Counted from the first letter of the stretch, positions 29,385 to 39,428 are shown. The stretch is DNA of 64,000 bases from an uncultured Planctomycetales bacterium (GCA_964572155.1 CAZNDZ010000001.1:1274786-1338785); one strand, 5' to 3'. Made by a program: numbers and translations. The notes: a model not told the origin generated them from the sequence alone.

Positions 29385-30343
29385 GTATAAGACCACGACG
29401 ATTACGAACAACCCCAAGTTTAAGAGATTTGGTTGCAGAGCATCATCTCAATGCAACGGATGTAATTTTGCCTTTTTTTGTGATTGAGGGTAAGAACAAG
29501 AAAGAAACGATAGCATCCATGCCTGGCGTTTACCGCTTTACCATTGATTTGCTTTTAAAAGAGGTGGAATTGTTTATTCGCAGCGGTGGTCGTGCGGCTA
29601 TTTTATTTGGTCTTAGTGATAAAAAAGACAATGCTGGTAAATATGCCGTTTCATCTAAAGCTGTTGTGCCCATGGCCATTGCGGCTATTAAGAAAAATTT
29701 CCCGAATTTTTTATTATTCTCCGACGTGTGTTTATGTGCCTATTTGTCACATGGTCATTGTGGTATTTTGCATGATGGCAAGATTGATAATGATGCCTCA
29801 TTACCTGTGTTAACGGATATGGCGGTTGCTCATGCGAATGCCGGTATTGATGTGGTGGCGCCCTCAGATATGATGGATGGCCGCGTAAAAGCCATACGCG
29901 AAGGTTTAGATAAAAATGGTTTTAAAGATACAGGGATCTTATCCTATGCTGTTAAGTATGCCTCAGCTTATTATGGCCCATTTCGAGATGCCGCTAACTG
30001 TGCGCCTGGGTTTGGGGATAGAAAATCCTATCAAATGGATCCAGCCAATGCTAAAGAAGCTTTAAAAGAAGCGCGGCAAGATATTAGCGAGGGGGCAGAC
30101 ATGGTCATGGTTAAGCCTGCCTTGGCCTACATGGATATCATCCGACTAATTGCTCAAGATACGACCGTGCCTGTTGTTGCTTATAATGTTAGTGGTGAGT
30201 ATAGCATGGTCAAAGCAGCGGCTCAAAAAGGTTGGATCGACGAGAAAGCTGTTGTTTTAGAATCATTATTAGGGTTTAAACGTGCAGGTGCTAGCAGCAT
30301 TATTACCTATCATGCGAAAGATGTTCTTGGATGGCTAAAGTAA
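29381..30343 (+). CDS. hemB: porphobilinogen synthase (delta-aminolevulinic acid dehydratase)
   Basis: Full-length HemB with active-site lysines region. Confidence 0.9.
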   Translation: MSIRPRRLRTTPSLRDLVAEHHLNATDVILPFFVIEGKNKKETIASMPGVYRFTIDLLLKEVELFIRSGGRAAILFGLSDKKDNAGKYAVSSKAVVPMAIAAIKKNFPNFLLFSDVCLCAYLSHGHCGILHDGKIDNDASLPVLTDMAVAHANAGIDVVAPSDMMDGRVKAIREGLDKNGFKDTGILSYAVKYASAYYGPFRDAANCAPGFGDRKSYQMDPANAKEALKEARQDISEGADMVMVKPALAYMDIIRLIAQDTTVPVVAYNVSGEYSMVKAAAQKGWIDEKAVVLESLLGFKRAGASSIITYHAKDVLGWLK

Positions 30344-31626
30344 AAAATCCTATTTCATCAAAAATATTTGAACAAGGTCGACATTTCCTAGTTGGTGGCG
30401 TTAATAGCCCTGTGCGTGCATTTAATGCGGTGGGTGGGAATCCATTGGTCATGGAACGTGGTCTTGGCAGTCAAATGTTTGATGTCGATGGCAATGCCTA
30501 CACTGATTATTGTCTGGCATGGGGTGCGTTAATCCTTGGTCATAATCATCCAGATGTCAGAAAAGCAGCAACGACATCGATTAGCCTTGGCAGTAGCTTT
30601 GGTACAACCACGAAACCAGAAGTTGAGATTGCAGAATTTATTTGCAAGCATGTGCCCTCGATTGAGAAAATTCGATTTGTAAATTCAGGAACAGAAGCCA
30701 CCATGAGTGCTATTCGATTGGCTAGAGGATTTACAGGTCGCAGTAAGGTTTTAAAATTCGACGGTTGCTATCATGGGCATGTGGATGATTTACTCGCTAG
30801 TGCAGGTTCAGGGGTGGCCAGTTTACCAGCGTCGAGTAGCCAAGGCATACCCGCATCACATTTACAAAACACCTTAAGCATTCCTTACAATGATGTGAAT
30901 GAACTTAACTTAATTGTTGAACGCCATTATAAAGACATTGCCGCCGTGATTGTTGAGCCTGTTGCAGGGAACATGGGTGTCATTTTACCTAATCATCATT
31001 TTCTAAAAGCCTTGCGTCAGATAACCAAGAAATACAATATTGTGCTCATCTTTGATGAAGTTATGTCGGGTTTTAGACCTGGTTTAGGTTGTGTTCAGGA
31101 AGATTTAGGTGTTATCCCAGATATGACCTGTTTAGGTAAAATCATCGGCGGGGGGTACCCTGTTGGTGCTTATGGTGGCCGCAAAGATATTATGGATCAT
31201 TTGGCGCCCTTAGGTAAAACTTATCAGGCAGGGACATTTGCAGGTAATCCATTGGCGATGCGTGCAGGGCTTGCGACGCTCAAGAATTTAAATAAGACTT
31301 TGTATAAAGATTTAAAAATAAAATGTGATACCTTTGTAAAATCGACCAATGCGTTTTTTCAAAAGAATAATATTGATGCCCACTTTGTTTCCTATCACAG
31401 TATGATTAGCATTCGTTTTAGAAAAGAAGCAGTGACAGATTATGCTCAAGCGCAAGTTGCTGCTCAAGATCCTGTCTATGCTCAATTATTTCATGAACTA
31501 TTAGCACAAAGTGTTTACTGGCCACCAGCAAATTTAGAGACCTTTTTTGTTTCAGCGAAACATACTGCTAAAGACTTAACTCATTTACAAAAAATTATCG
31601 AGAGGTTTTATGGAAACATCGGTTAG
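30331..31626 (+). CDS. hemL: glutamate-1-semialdehyde 2,1-aminomutase
   Basis: Class III aminotransferase with HemL-specific blocks. Confidence 0.9.
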   Translation: MAKVKNPISSKIFEQGRHFLVGGVNSPVRAFNAVGGNPLVMERGLGSQMFDVDGNAYTDYCLAWGALILGHNHPDVRKAATTSISLGSSFGTTTKPEVEIAEFICKHVPSIEKIRFVNSGTEATMSAIRLARGFTGRSKVLKFDGCYHGHVDDLLASAGSGVASLPASSSQGIPASHLQNTLSIPYNDVNELNLIVERHYKDIAAVIVEPVAGNMGVILPNHHFLKALRQITKKYNIVLIFDEVMSGFRPGLGCVQEDLGVIPDMTCLGKIIGGGYPVGAYGGRKDIMDHLAPLGKTYQAGTFAGNPLAMRAGLATLKNLNKTLYKDLKIKCDTFVKSTNAFFQKNNIDAHFVSYHSMISIRFRKEAVTDYAQAQVAAQDPVYAQLFHELLAQSVYWPPANLETFFVSAKHTAKDLTHLQKIIERFYGNIG

Positions 31627-31951
31627 ACCTTGGGGTAAATATCATAAATTTCACCAAGAAGATGGCGTTTGGGTAAAACGTGTTGAAGTAAATCCGTTGG
31701 GCCGACTAAGCCTTCAAAAGCATCAACATCGCTCGGAGAAATGGATTGTTGTTGCAGGTTGTGGTGTTGCAACTGTAGATGGTAAAGAATTAACCATCGA
31801 GTTTGGTTCGGTTGTTGATATACCATTAGGTGCAATTCATCGCATTGCCAACACTGGCCACGAGCAATTGGTCTTTATTGAAGTGGCAACAGGAAAATAT
31901 TTAGGGGAAGATGATATCATTCGCATTGAAGATGACTATGCTAGGAAATAA
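31610..31951 (+). CDS. cupin-domain protein (type II phosphomannose isomerase C-terminal-like)
   Basis: RPWGKY…W…K…V.P…LSLQ.H.HR.E.W.VV.G double-stranded beta-helix motif. Confidence 0.65.
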   Translation: METSVRPWGKYHKFHQEDGVWVKRVEVNPLGRLSLQKHQHRSEKWIVVAGCGVATVDGKELTIEFGSVVDIPLGAIHRIANTGHEQLVFIEVATGKYLGEDDIIRIEDDYARK

Positions 31952-31970
31952 TAATGAAAGGAACGCTTAA

Positions 31971-32393
31971 ATGAGCTTGAATACCGTTAATATCATGGGG
32001 AACTTAACCAAGGATCCTGAAATTAAAAGCACACCATCAGGAAAATCTGTTTGCAGCATGTCCATTGCTAATAATCGTATTTACTCAAAAAACAATCAGC
32101 GTGTGACGGAAGTGTCATATTTTGATGTTGAAGTTTGGGGTCCGATTGCTGAGAATTGCGCTAAGTATTTGAAAAAAGGTAGCGGCATTATCGTTGAAGG
32201 GCGTTTGAAGCAAGACCGTTGGGAAAAAGATGGTAAAACACAAAGCCGTGTTCGCATCAGTGCTAACACAATTCACTTCATGCCTAAAAAAGGCGAAGAA
32301 GGTGGCGCTCCTCAAGGCCGCGGTGATGTAAATAGCGCCTTAGATGCTTCTGTAGATTCCATGAGACCAGAAGATATTGCTTGGGAAGAATAA
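31971..32393 (+). CDS. ssb: single-stranded DNA-binding protein
   Basis: OB-fold SSB N-terminus, Gly-rich linker, acidic tail (ends …EDIAWEE rather than DDDIPF). Confidence 0.85.
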   Translation: MSLNTVNIMGNLTKDPEIKSTPSGKSVCSMSIANNRIYSKNNQRVTEVSYFDVEVWGPIAENCAKYLKKGSGIIVEGRLKQDRWEKDGKTQSRVRISANTIHFMPKKGEEGGAPQGRGDVNSALDASVDSMRPEDIAWEE

Positions 32394-32401
32394 GCTGCTC
32401 C

Positions 32402-33364
32402 ATGAGAAAAATTGCTGCATTGTTCATACTATCCTGCGTAATTTCAGCTAGCCTCGCTCATGCAAGTGTAAAACAAAACTCATTTGTTCCTCCAAAGGGA
32501 AACACCTTGCTCATCATTGGACAAGATGGGAACACCATTGATGCGTATGTTGATAAAACAGGCAATAAGCCTGCCGGGGTGATGATTTATACGTCGGTGC
32601 AAAAGATGGAAGGTTTGGTGTCATCTATAGATATCGGCGCAGGTCCACAATACGGAAATGATTTATTAGAAAAGCATCCGTGGGGTGTTGTCCAAATCGG
32701 TTTGTATATGGTGGATGCATTAACTGACATCACCACAGGCATGTATGATCAGAATTTGTTGATTTTAGCGAACTGGTTAAAGCAAGCCAATCGACCAGTA
32801 TATTTGCGCATTGGTTATGAATTTGATAATCCTGAGAATCGCTACGAGCCTAAGGCTTATGCTAAAGCGTTTATTTATATCGTTGATTACTTGCGGAAGA
32901 ATAATGTAAAGAATGCTGCATATGTTTGGCATTCTTATACAGCGGCTAAGAAGCCATATCCATGGGAAGATTATTACCCAGGGGATGACTATGTTGATTG
33001 GTTTGGGAGTTCAATTTTTTCGACAGGCAATTTACCCTATGCTGCGGAATTTATCGCTTACGCTAAACGCCAGCATAAGCCGTTTATGATTGCGGAATCA
33101 ACGCCAAGTGGGATGTTTACGGTTCATGGCAAGAAAGACTGGTTTAATCATGTGTTTCGATTTATCGAGCAAAATAATGTTGAAGCATTCTGTTACATTA
33201 ATTCTAATTGGGATGAATTACCCATGTACAAAGGTCAAGGTTGGGGAGATGCGCGGGTGCAAAAAGATCCTATGATCCTTAAACTTTGGTTAGAGGCCAT
33301 TCATAAACGCCGATATCTTAAATCTTCGTCAAGTTTGTTTTATACGTTAGGATGGCGCAATTAA
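32402..33364 (+). CDS. secreted glycoside hydrolase family 26 (mannanase-like) protein
   Basis: Signal peptide; GH26 blocks (…YLRIGYEFDNPEN…, …YPGDDYVDWFG…). Confidence 0.65.
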   Translation: MRKIAALFILSCVISASLAHASVKQNSFVPPKGNTLLIIGQDGNTIDAYVDKTGNKPAGVMIYTSVQKMEGLVSSIDIGAGPQYGNDLLEKHPWGVVQIGLYMVDALTDITTGMYDQNLLILANWLKQANRPVYLRIGYEFDNPENRYEPKAYAKAFIYIVDYLRKNNVKNAAYVWHSYTAAKKPYPWEDYYPGDDYVDWFGSSIFSTGNLPYAAEFIAYAKRQHKPFMIAESTPSGMFTVHGKKDWFNHVFRFIEQNNVEAFCYINSNWDELPMYKGQGWGDARVQKDPMILKLWLEAIHKRRYLKSSSSLFYTLGWRN

Positions 33365-33365
33365 G

Positions 33366-34976
33366 ATGAATGACACACAACTTCAAGAAATATCACGCCG
33401 TCGTACGTTTGCCATCATCTCGCATCCCGACGCAGGTAAAACAACCTTAACAGAGAAACTATTGTTATATGGCGGTGCGCTTGACTTGGCTGGTTCAGTT
33501 ACTGCCAAAAAGAAGCAACGCGAAACTGCATCTGATTGGATGGAGTTAGAAAAGAAACGCGGCATTTCCATTTCATCAACGGTGTTGCAATTCGAATACG
33601 ATGATTTTCGCCTCAACCTGCTAGATACCCCAGGGCATAAAGATTTCTCTGAAGATACCTATCGTGTGTTAATGGCGGTCGACGCGGTTATCATGGTCAT
33701 CGATGCGGGTAAAGGTATTGAAAGTCAAACACGCAAACTATTTGAAATTTGTAGCAAGCGCGGTATTCCCATTTTTACGTTCATGAATAAGTTAGATCGG
33801 CCCTCAAAACCACCACTGGAACTCATTGATCAATTAGAAAAAGTTTTAAATCTTCATGCTTTCCCAATTAATTGGCCGATGGGTAATGGTCCTGAATTTA
33901 AAGGAATTTATGACAGAGTTAACAAAGAAGTGCATTTATTTGAACGCACCCCAGGCGGGTCGTATCGAGCGCCTGTATCAGTCCATGGCTTGCATGATCC
34001 TAAGGTTAAAGAAATGCTCTATGACCGCACGTATAATGAGGTGATTGAAGAATTAGAGATGTTAGACGGTGCACACGGCGGGTTTGACATAAAAGCCGTA
34101 CTAGCTGGCAAGACAACGCCTGTATTTTTTGGGAGTGCTGCCAACAACTTTGGTGTGGAATTTTTATTGCGTGGTTTCTTGCAACATTCCATGGCACCAA
34201 CGCCAAGAAAAAATAATGCCGGTGAGATTGTTCCACTCGATAGCCCACATTTTTCAGGATTTATTTTCAAAGTTCAAACCAATATGAATCCGCTGCATCG
34301 TGATCGCGTAGTTTTTGCCCGTGTTTGTTCTGGAAGATTTTTTAGGAATATCCCTGTGTTTCATGCGCGATCCGGTAAAGAAATTAAGATTTCAGATTCC
34401 TTTAACCTTTTTGGCCGCGACAGAGAAGTCATGCACGAAGCTTACCCAGGGGATATTATTGGTTTTGTTACCAAACTTGATTTTCGTATTGGGGACACCA
34501 TTAGCACAGATCCTAATTTACAATTCGATGCCATCACACGTTTTGCCCCTGAATGTTTTGCGGTGTTGCATAATAGTGCCGCTTCGTCGTATAAATCTTT
34601 TCGCAAGGGCTTGGAACATTTGCTTGCTGAAGACATTGTGCAATCATTTACCGTGCAAGATTTTGGTAGTAGCACACCAATGCTTGGTGCCGTTGGTATG
34701 TTGCAATATGAAGTCTTGCAGTATCGACTCAAAGACGAGTATGGGGCAACGACGGAACTTGAGATGAAACCGTGGAAAATCTTACGTTGGATTGATTCAC
34801 CGCTTCCTGATAAAGATCTTAAAGCATCATTACCAAATGGTTGTGCGTTAGGGCAAGATGATCAGAATCGTCGGGTGATCCTTTTTCCAACGGATTGGGC
34901 TTTAAAATATTTCATGTCTAATAATCCAACATTAACCATTGTTGACACACCCATTAAAGAACCGATAAACAAATGA
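33366..34976 (+). CDS. prfC: peptide chain release factor 3
   Basis: Translational GTPase with RF3-specific N-terminus (RRTFAIISHPDAGKTTLTEKLL). Confidence 0.95.
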   Translation: MNDTQLQEISRRRTFAIISHPDAGKTTLTEKLLLYGGALDLAGSVTAKKKQRETASDWMELEKKRGISISSTVLQFEYDDFRLNLLDTPGHKDFSEDTYRVLMAVDAVIMVIDAGKGIESQTRKLFEICSKRGIPIFTFMNKLDRPSKPPLELIDQLEKVLNLHAFPINWPMGNGPEFKGIYDRVNKEVHLFERTPGGSYRAPVSVHGLHDPKVKEMLYDRTYNEVIEELEMLDGAHGGFDIKAVLAGKTTPVFFGSAANNFGVEFLLRGFLQHSMAPTPRKNNAGEIVPLDSPHFSGFIFKVQTNMNPLHRDRVVFARVCSGRFFRNIPVFHARSGKEIKISDSFNLFGRDREVMHEAYPGDIIGFVTKLDFRIGDTISTDPNLQFDAITRFAPECFAVLHNSAASSYKSFRKGLEHLLAEDIVQSFTVQDFGSSTPMLGAVGMLQYEVLQYRLKDEYGATTELEMKPWKILRWIDSPLPDKDLKASLPNGCALGQDDQNRRVILFPTDWALKYFMSNNPTLTIVDTPIKEPINK

Positions 34977-35233
34977 TCGTTTGGCCACAAGACATTCAAC
35001 AGAAATTTGATTACATCATAGAAAAAATTCCCGTATTTTTGCGCAGCATTGCTAAAGACAGGGTTGCAAAAAAGGCAGAAGTGTTGGTTCAAAAGGAAGG
35101 TCGTAGCGAAGTCACAGAAAAAGATTTAGTCGATGCATTCTTGCTTGAAACACCGTTTGGATTTCACGGACCATTAAAAACCGATATGCAAGAATTAGGC
35201 ATAGATTACACTAAATACGGACACTCAAAATAA
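34973..35233 (+). CDS. PCP-reductase-domain family small protein
   Basis: W…KIPVFLRSIAKDRVAKKAEVLVQKEGRSEVTEKDL matches the PCP_red (PF08369) domain. Confidence 0.5.
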   Translation: MIVWPQDIQQKFDYIIEKIPVFLRSIAKDRVAKKAEVLVQKEGRSEVTEKDLVDAFLLETPFGFHGPLKTDMQELGIDYTKYGHSK

Positions 35234-35234
35234 T

Positions 35235-35480
35235 ATGAAAAATCGCTTAGATTTACTCGATTGGATTGTAGAAGCCTTAAACGCGTTAAACGGCAGTGCT
35301 CAAATCAAAAAGGTCTTAGAAAAAATTTGGGAATTGCATGATCGCGAGATCATTGATAGTGGTGGTTTTCATTTTACGTGGCAAGAAGATGCTAAATGGG
35401 CAGCGACGCAATTAAGGGCTAAAGGTATTTTGAAAGAAGGTAAGGCAACATCAAAGCAGGTGTGGGAGCTAAAGAAATAA
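35235..35480 (+). CDS. Mrr-N-like winged-helix domain protein (stand-alone)
   Basis: LLDWIVEALNALNGSAQIKKVLEKI…AATQLRAKGIL…G.W.L resembles the Mrr restriction-enzyme N-terminal wHTH domain. Confidence 0.45.
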   Translation: MKNRLDLLDWIVEALNALNGSAQIKKVLEKIWELHDREIIDSGGFHFTWQEDAKWAATQLRAKGILKEGKATSKQVWELKK

Positions 35481-35514
35481 GGACAAGCCTGATCTCCAAG
35501 ACTTGCCCTTATTG

Positions 35515-35574
35515 TTATTTCTTCTTGCCGCCTTTTTTCTTTAAAATCTTATTCTTAGGATTCTTATCGCCCAT
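35515..35574 (-). CDS. tiny highly basic 19-aa ORF (MGDKNPKNKILKKKGGKKK) with consensus AGGAGG RBS
   Basis: Found by eye; perfect Shine-Dalgarno 7 nt upstream; not in ORF track because under 60 aa. Confidence 0.3.
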   Translation of the reverse strand: MGDKNPKNKILKKKGGKKK

Positions 35575-35657
35575 ATGTTCCTCCTGTTAGGTTTAATATA
35601 ACAATGGTCGATTGTAGCATCTAATCAAGATCAACTGTGAAATAGAAAATATATTAC

Positions 35658-35909
35658 ATGGATTACATTTACGAAACATTAGGTTGGATAGGTACGCTGA
35701 CATTTGTTTTAGCATATTTGGGAGTTTCGACGGGTAAGCTAAAAGCAGATTCATATCTATATCAATGGATGAATTTAGGCGGGGCGATTGCTATAGGCTT
35801 TAGTGTTTTTGTTAAACAAGCATGGCCAGCTTTTGTATTGGAAGTAGTCTGGTGCGCCATTGCTATCTATGCGTTGGTGCGGTTATTTCTTCAACGAAGG
35901 AAATCATAA
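35658..35909 (+). CDS. hypothetical small membrane protein
   Basis: 83 aa, 3 hydrophobic helices. Confidence 0.45.
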   Translation: MDYIYETLGWIGTLTFVLAYLGVSTGKLKADSYLYQWMNLGGAIAIGFSVFVKQAWPAFVLEVVWCAIAIYALVRLFLQRRKS

Positions 35910-35918
35910 GGATGGTTT

Positions 35919-36467
35919 ATGTCGACTCAAGAAGATGATTTAACACCTGTTGAACGTTCACGGGGTGTAACGATGTGGGCAGCAGCTTTCATTTTTTATG
36001 CAACGTGGTCCATGTTGGCGCTACTAAAGAACCCTATTAAAATATCGATGTTTAAGTTCTTTTTTGTTCTTCAAATTATTGGGTATTTGGCTGCAGGAAT
36101 TTATATTTTACAATTAAAAGAATTTGCTCGAAAACTCGTTATCGCCTTGGCCATTATAGGTTGTATTAGTGCGGTTTTCTTATTGCCTAAACAAATGAAG
36201 ATGATCCAAGAAATTCGCTCTTTTTATCAAGAAAAGGTGGATGAAAGCTATGAAAATCGTCGACAACAGATCATGAAAAAGACGAAGCCAGAATTTCAAC
36301 AAGAAGAGTTAAGTCGCTTAGATAAGGAACAAAAAGAAGCCAATGCCTTAATGCCACAATTACTAAACACTGTTGTGATCATTGGCGCGGCAGGGACCAT
36401 CATAATCAACGGTATCATCATTTTCTATTTTATGCGTCCAAAGGTTAAAAGGCAGTTTATCAATTAA
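35919..36467 (+). CDS. hypothetical membrane protein
   Basis: 182 aa, multiple TM helices with a charged loop. Confidence 0.45.
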   Translation: MSTQEDDLTPVERSRGVTMWAAAFIFYATWSMLALLKNPIKISMFKFFFVLQIIGYLAAGIYILQLKEFARKLVIALAIIGCISAVFLLPKQMKMIQEIRSFYQEKVDESYENRRQQIMKKTKPEFQQEELSRLDKEQKEANALMPQLLNTVVIIGAAGTIIINGIIIFYFMRPKVKRQFIN

Positions 36468-37227
36468 GGATAGAGTTTCGGTAGGTGTAGTATTCTTGCA
36501 TGATCTTATTTGCAGCAATGGCATAACTTTTGGTTGGATCGCTCACCTGATTGGCCATGATAAGGCCTAATAACAAACCATCTTCGTTTAGAACTGGCCC
36601 GCCACTATCGCCTTCTTTTAAAGGGATATTCATCTTAAGAATAGCAACCTTATCCGTTGTTGCATCTTTATAAACCTCAATAATTTTTCCACGTTTGGCT
36701 GTTTCATTCTCAAGTGTTCCGTTAGCGAATGCCAAGACACGGCTGCCTATTTGAATATTAGTGGCATCACCCATGGCAATAGCGTTTAATGAATGATCGG
36801 TTGTGATTTTTAGTAAACATAAATCATCGGTCTTGCTGGATCTTAATTTTTTAGCTTCTAGTATTTGCCCATTATGCAGCATCACATAAATGTGTTGAGG
36901 GGAGTTTCCAACCACATGTTTATTGGTAACAATGATTCCTTGTGCATCGATCACGATGCCTTGACCATAGCGTTCTGCTTTTCCACTAGATAATTTTCCG
37001 TTATGGGATTGAATATGGCCTGCATCAACCGCTCGGATATTTACAAAAGAAGCTTCAGTGTCTGTGTTGGAATGCTTGATATATTTACGTGCTAGTGATA
37101 CTAACACCTCTGAATCAGGCAAAGGTGTAACCGACAACGTTTGCGCATAGATTGGACTAGCCAACATAAAGCATACAAAAGGCACGTATAGAGAACGATA
37201 TATTTTCCAAACCATTTTTCTACTCAT
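36460..37227 (-). CDS. secreted trypsin-like (S1 family) serine protease
   Basis: Signal peptide; His (TNKHVV), Asp and GDSGGP catalytic triad motifs. Confidence 0.8.
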   Translation of the reverse strand: MSRKMVWKIYRSLYVPFVCFMLASPIYAQTLSVTPLPDSEVLVSLARKYIKHSNTDTEASFVNIRAVDAGHIQSHNGKLSSGKAERYGQGIVIDAQGIIVTNKHVVGNSPQHIYVMLHNGQILEAKKLRSSKTDDLCLLKITTDHSLNAIAMGDATNIQIGSRVLAFANGTLENETAKRGKIIEVYKDATTDKVAILKMNIPLKEGDSGGPVLNEDGLLLGLIMANQVSDPTKSYAIAANKIMQEYYTYRNSILN

Positions 37228-37434
37228 AAAAACACCTTATGAGAGTATATACCGCCAAAGCCATGAAAAAGGCTGATTAGGGCTACGACGAGAAAGCGTT
37301 TTTCTAGATTGTTGTAACTGTATAGCTTCTATGTGATTAAGCCATATTTCGAAGGAAAAATACTTAACAAATCACCCTTGAGGTCTTGACAGGAGGGGTG
37401 TATATTACCTTAAAGTTAGAAACTAGGAGGCTCA

Positions 37435-37881
37435 ATGGCTACAAATACTGTTAGGTTGCATCGTGTGTTAAAAACAAACCCTGAGAAATTATATCGCGCC
37501 TTTGTTGAGCCTGAAGCCTTGGCCCAATGGATCCCACCATATGGTTTTATCTGTAAAGTTCATCATCTCGACGCAAAAGTCGGAGGAACATATAAATCAT
37601 CGTTTACCAATTTTGGCACGGGTCAAACGCATACTTTTGGAGGCACCTATAAAGAATTAGTGCCAGGGCAACGCTTGGTATATTCCGATAAATTTGAAGA
37701 TCCTAATTTGGTTGGAGAAATTACCGTCACCATCACCATGAAGAAAGTTTTGTGCGGCACTGAATTAAACATCCTCCAAGAAAACATTCCTGCGGCCATC
37801 CCTGTTGAAATGTGTTATTTGGGTTGGCAAGAATCTCTTACTAAATTAGCTCAACTGGTGGAACCTGTAATCGCTGGATAA
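37435..37881 (+). CDS. SRPBCC-family protein (AHSA1-like)
   Basis: START/Bet-v1-like fold family pattern. Confidence 0.6.
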   Translation: MATNTVRLHRVLKTNPEKLYRAFVEPEALAQWIPPYGFICKVHHLDAKVGGTYKSSFTNFGTGQTHTFGGTYKELVPGQRLVYSDKFEDPNLVGEITVTITMKKVLCGTELNILQENIPAAIPVEMCYLGWQESLTKLAQLVEPVIAG

Positions 37882-37885
37882 TCTC

Positions 37886-38305
37886 ATGAAAAATTTCCGC
37901 AAAGAACTCTGGTTTAACACCAAAACACGTCGGGCTTATATTAATATCACCTCACAGGTTCAAGATGCGATCAATGATAGCGGCATCAAAGAGGGTTTGT
38001 GTTTGGTTAATGCCATGCATATAAGCGCGTCGGTTTATATCAATGATGATGAAAGTGGTCTTTTGCACGATTATGACCGATGGCTAGAAGGTTTAGCCCC
38101 GCATGCTCCTGTTTCGCAATACAAGCATAATGACACCGGTGAAGACAATGCCGACGCCCACTTAAAACGCCAAATCATGGGCCGCGAGGTGACAGTGGCC
38201 GTTACCAATGGCAAATTAGATTTTGGACCATGGGAACAAATTTTTTATGGAGAATTCGATGGTATGCGCAAGAAAAGGGTTTTAATTAAAATCATTGGTG
38301 AATAA
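37886..38305 (+). CDS. yjbQ: secondary thiamine-phosphate synthase enzyme YjbQ (UPF0047)
   Basis: Full-length collinearity with YjbQ family. Confidence 0.75.
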   Translation: MKNFRKELWFNTKTRRAYINITSQVQDAINDSGIKEGLCLVNAMHISASVYINDDESGLLHDYDRWLEGLAPHAPVSQYKHNDTGEDNADAHLKRQIMGREVTVAVTNGKLDFGPWEQIFYGEFDGMRKKRVLIKIIGE

Positions 38306-38315
38306 AACTAACCGC

Positions 38316-38543
38316 ATGCAGATAACCATAAAAGTCATCCCAGCCGCCCGTCAAAATCTTTTCAAAGAAGAGGGTGACATCATCAAAGTCTATCTAACAG
38401 CCCCAGCCGTAGACGGTAAAGCCAATTCAGCCTTGATCAAATTCTTATCTAAGCACTATAATGTCAATGTAAGTCGTATTGAAATCCTTAAAGGTAATAA
38501 AGCTAAAATCAAAGTTGTGTCTATAGATAAGAATATTGCTTGA
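38316..38543 (+). CDS. DUF167 (YggU) family protein
   Basis: …VYLTAPAVDGKANSALIKFLSKHYNV… signature; internal start at 38316. Confidence 0.65.
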   Translation: MQITIKVIPAARQNLFKEEGDIIKVYLTAPAVDGKANSALIKFLSKHYNVNVSRIEILKGNKAKIKVVSIDKNIA

Positions 38544-38572
38544 TTTTGATGTTTATGGTATAAAAACTTCAA

Positions 38573-38646
38573 ACAGTTTCCCCCAAAACTGTATAAAATT
38601 ATCAATATATTCAAATCCCCCGAAAACTCATTTTTTTATTAACTTG
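38573..38646 (+). promoter_or_regulatory. conserved upstream element copy B: 7-bp-stem hairpin with CCCCCA loop, 20-nt gap, AAATCCCCCGAAAACT box, T-rich + ATTAA
   Basis: Paralogous to 9651-9728 with compensatory stem changes. Confidence 0.5.
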
Positions 38647-38700
38647 AAAACGCCCATTAATGTGATACAATTGTATATACAAATGGGTTAGAAGGGGAAT

Positions 38701-38970
38701 ATGGATAGAATTCGCTTCAGCCCAATTAAAGATTTTCTAATAAAGCAGAAATATGGCGTCTCATTTGAAGATGTATTAAGTGGTGAATTGGTTGATGAAA
38801 TTGAACATCCAAAGAGAACTAATCAGAAGATATTGATTTTTGAATATAAGAATTACCTTTGGTCGATTCCATTTGTAGTTGAACACAAGGGGATTTTCTT
38901 GAAAACACTGTATCCTAGTCGTAAATTAATGAAACGATACAAAAGAGGAAAAAATGATAAAGAAATATAA
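38701..38970 (+). CDS. BrnT-like (DUF497) toxin, second copy of the family
   Basis: …KQKYGVSFEDVLSGELVDEIEHPK…ILIFEYKNYLWSIPFVVEHKGIFLKTLYPSRK matches the BrnT pattern; overlaps downstream RHH gene. Confidence 0.55.
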   Translation: MDRIRFSPIKDFLIKQKYGVSFEDVLSGELVDEIEHPKRTNQKILIFEYKNYLWSIPFVVEHKGIFLKTLYPSRKLMKRYKRGKNDKEI

Positions 38971-39208
38971 TTTATCCAAATATGAGCAATCTATTGAAAA
39001 CACTATTGATGAATACGTTCCTGTATCTAGAGCTAAGTTTGAAGCAACGAAGAAAATGTTCGAAGCTAGAAAAAAGAATGCTGTTTTAAATATTAGAATC
39101 AATCAAGGTGATTTAGATAGTCTTAAGGACAAAGCAAAGAAATTAGGTGTTAAATATCAAACTTTTATTACAGAAATCCTTCATAAAGTAGCCATCACAG
39201 GTGAATAA
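38954..39208 (+). CDS. BrnA-like RHH antitoxin
   Basis: …[33 protein letters not shown]…. Confidence 0.55.
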   Translation: MIKKYNLSKYEQSIENTIDEYVPVSRAKFEATKKMFEARKKNAVLNIRINQGDLDSLKDKAKKLGVKYQTFITEILHKVAITGE

Positions 39209-39419
39209 CCAAATCCACAATCCAGATCCTCTGCACGGCGTAACCCTCGAGATGATCCTCACCCGACTGGTAGAAAAGTATGGGTGGGAGGGGATGTATA
39301 ATCATGTTAAGATCAATTGTTTTCAAAAAGACCCAAGCATCAAATCAAGTCTAACTTTTCTTAGAAAAACACCGTGGGCCAGAGACAAGGTCGAAACCTT
39401 GTATCTTAAAACCTTTTGA
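39201..39419 (+). CDS. DUF2132 (VF530-like) protein
   Basis: [21 protein letters not shown]…[26 protein letters not shown]. Confidence 0.6.
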   Translation: MNNQIHNPDPLHGVTLEMILTRLVEKYGWEGMYNHVKINCFQKDPSIKSSLTFLRKTPWARDKVETLYLKTF

Positions 39420-39428
39420 GGACAACCT

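Noticed and set aside
35481-35513. Rho-independent terminator after the Mrr-N-like gene
   Set aside because: Only an imperfect 6-7 bp stem with a 14-nt loop could be drawn, and the T-tract is interrupted. Too weak to call.
37228-37434. tRNA/ncRNA in the 200-nt intergenic region upstream of the SRPBCC gene, and in other gaps (5249-5315, 10022-10094, 23233-23351, 40805-41015)
   Set aside because: No GTTCRANYC T-loop-like or cloverleaf-compatible segments were seen. The regions are AT-rich with promoter-like hexamers only.
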